Source: the human T2T-CHM13v2.0 reference genome, Homo sapiens. From it: a DNA stretch of 64,000 nt. The DNA lies in NCBI RefSeq assembly GCF_009914755.1, contig NC_060925.1; one strand, written 5' to 3'. A program made the translations under genes and the position numbers. This document shows, in pieces, positions 63,515 through 64,000 of the stretch. Position 1 is the first letter of the stretch, and each line of letters begins with the position of its first letter. The notes under the pieces were generated by a model. That model did not search any database. It saw only the letters and a program-made list of their open reading frames with translations, and was not told the origin of the DNA.

Positions 63515-64000
63515 TAGTGTGTTCAATAGGACTAATTTGTACTGGATTGTGAAAATTGATACGTTCTTCTAGGAGCCTCATGGTTCCTTGATAATTAATT
63601 TTTTCATTCATATTTCCATGTTATTTCACCTTGTGCTGTGCAAAAATAAGTCTTATAGAAAACCTGTTTTCTATGTTTTTATTCATCTTCTGGTCTTTAA
63701 ATTGTGTTAACAGATGAGTTCAAGAGATTGCTAAGTACTCTTCCTAGACCTGTTGTCCAGCTTTGATCCATGGAATACTTCGGCGCTTCATGGCTCACTA
63801 TCTGGTTTTCTTATTTCAGACTTGGCACCAACAATGTCTTGTGATGTTTTTGCCAAAGTAAATGAGTGTTATAACTACTTTGTGAAGGTTTGGTTTTATT
63901 CTCATTCCATTTGTGGTGGAATGAAATTCTTAAAAATTTTAAATTAGACAGACACAGTGATGTGCACCTATAGTCCCAGCTACTCAGGAGGCTAAGGTGG

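Overview
Primate genomic DNA, most likely human because it carries a near-consensus AluYa5. It is recognisable as the 5' end of KDM1A (LSD1) and its upstream region. The first ~19 kb is a nested retroviral block: a defective HERV-H provirus (minus strand, 7208-14105, two LTR7-family LTRs, 5-bp TSD) sits inside a MER4-type ERV, which itself abuts or interrupts a MaLR element; all are peppered with Alus. TEX46 (minus strand, ~20.5-25.5 kb) lies head-to-head with the KDM1A CpG-island promoter (~29 kb). KDM1A coding exons 1, 2, alternative exon 2a and exon 3 follow, with the MIR3115 hairpin just upstream of exon 2a. There are no CRISPR, tRNA or rRNA genes, and I cannot demonstrate a wholly new system. 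The best leads are: (i) KDM1A exons 2(-2a)-3 are bracketed by inverted Alus and would circularise into a 300/360-nt stop-free reading frame; (ii) the TEX46 start codon can be assembled across an intron from an L1-derived exon; (iii) the miRNA hairpin abuts the exon-2a branch region; (iv) the HERV-H has a tRNA-Phe-like primer site; (v) there is a micro inverted triplication and a 36-nt TSD-flanked micro-retrocopy. Gene and repeat names come from recognition of the sequence, not from a database search. Repeat boundaries are approximate unless a TSD is quoted.
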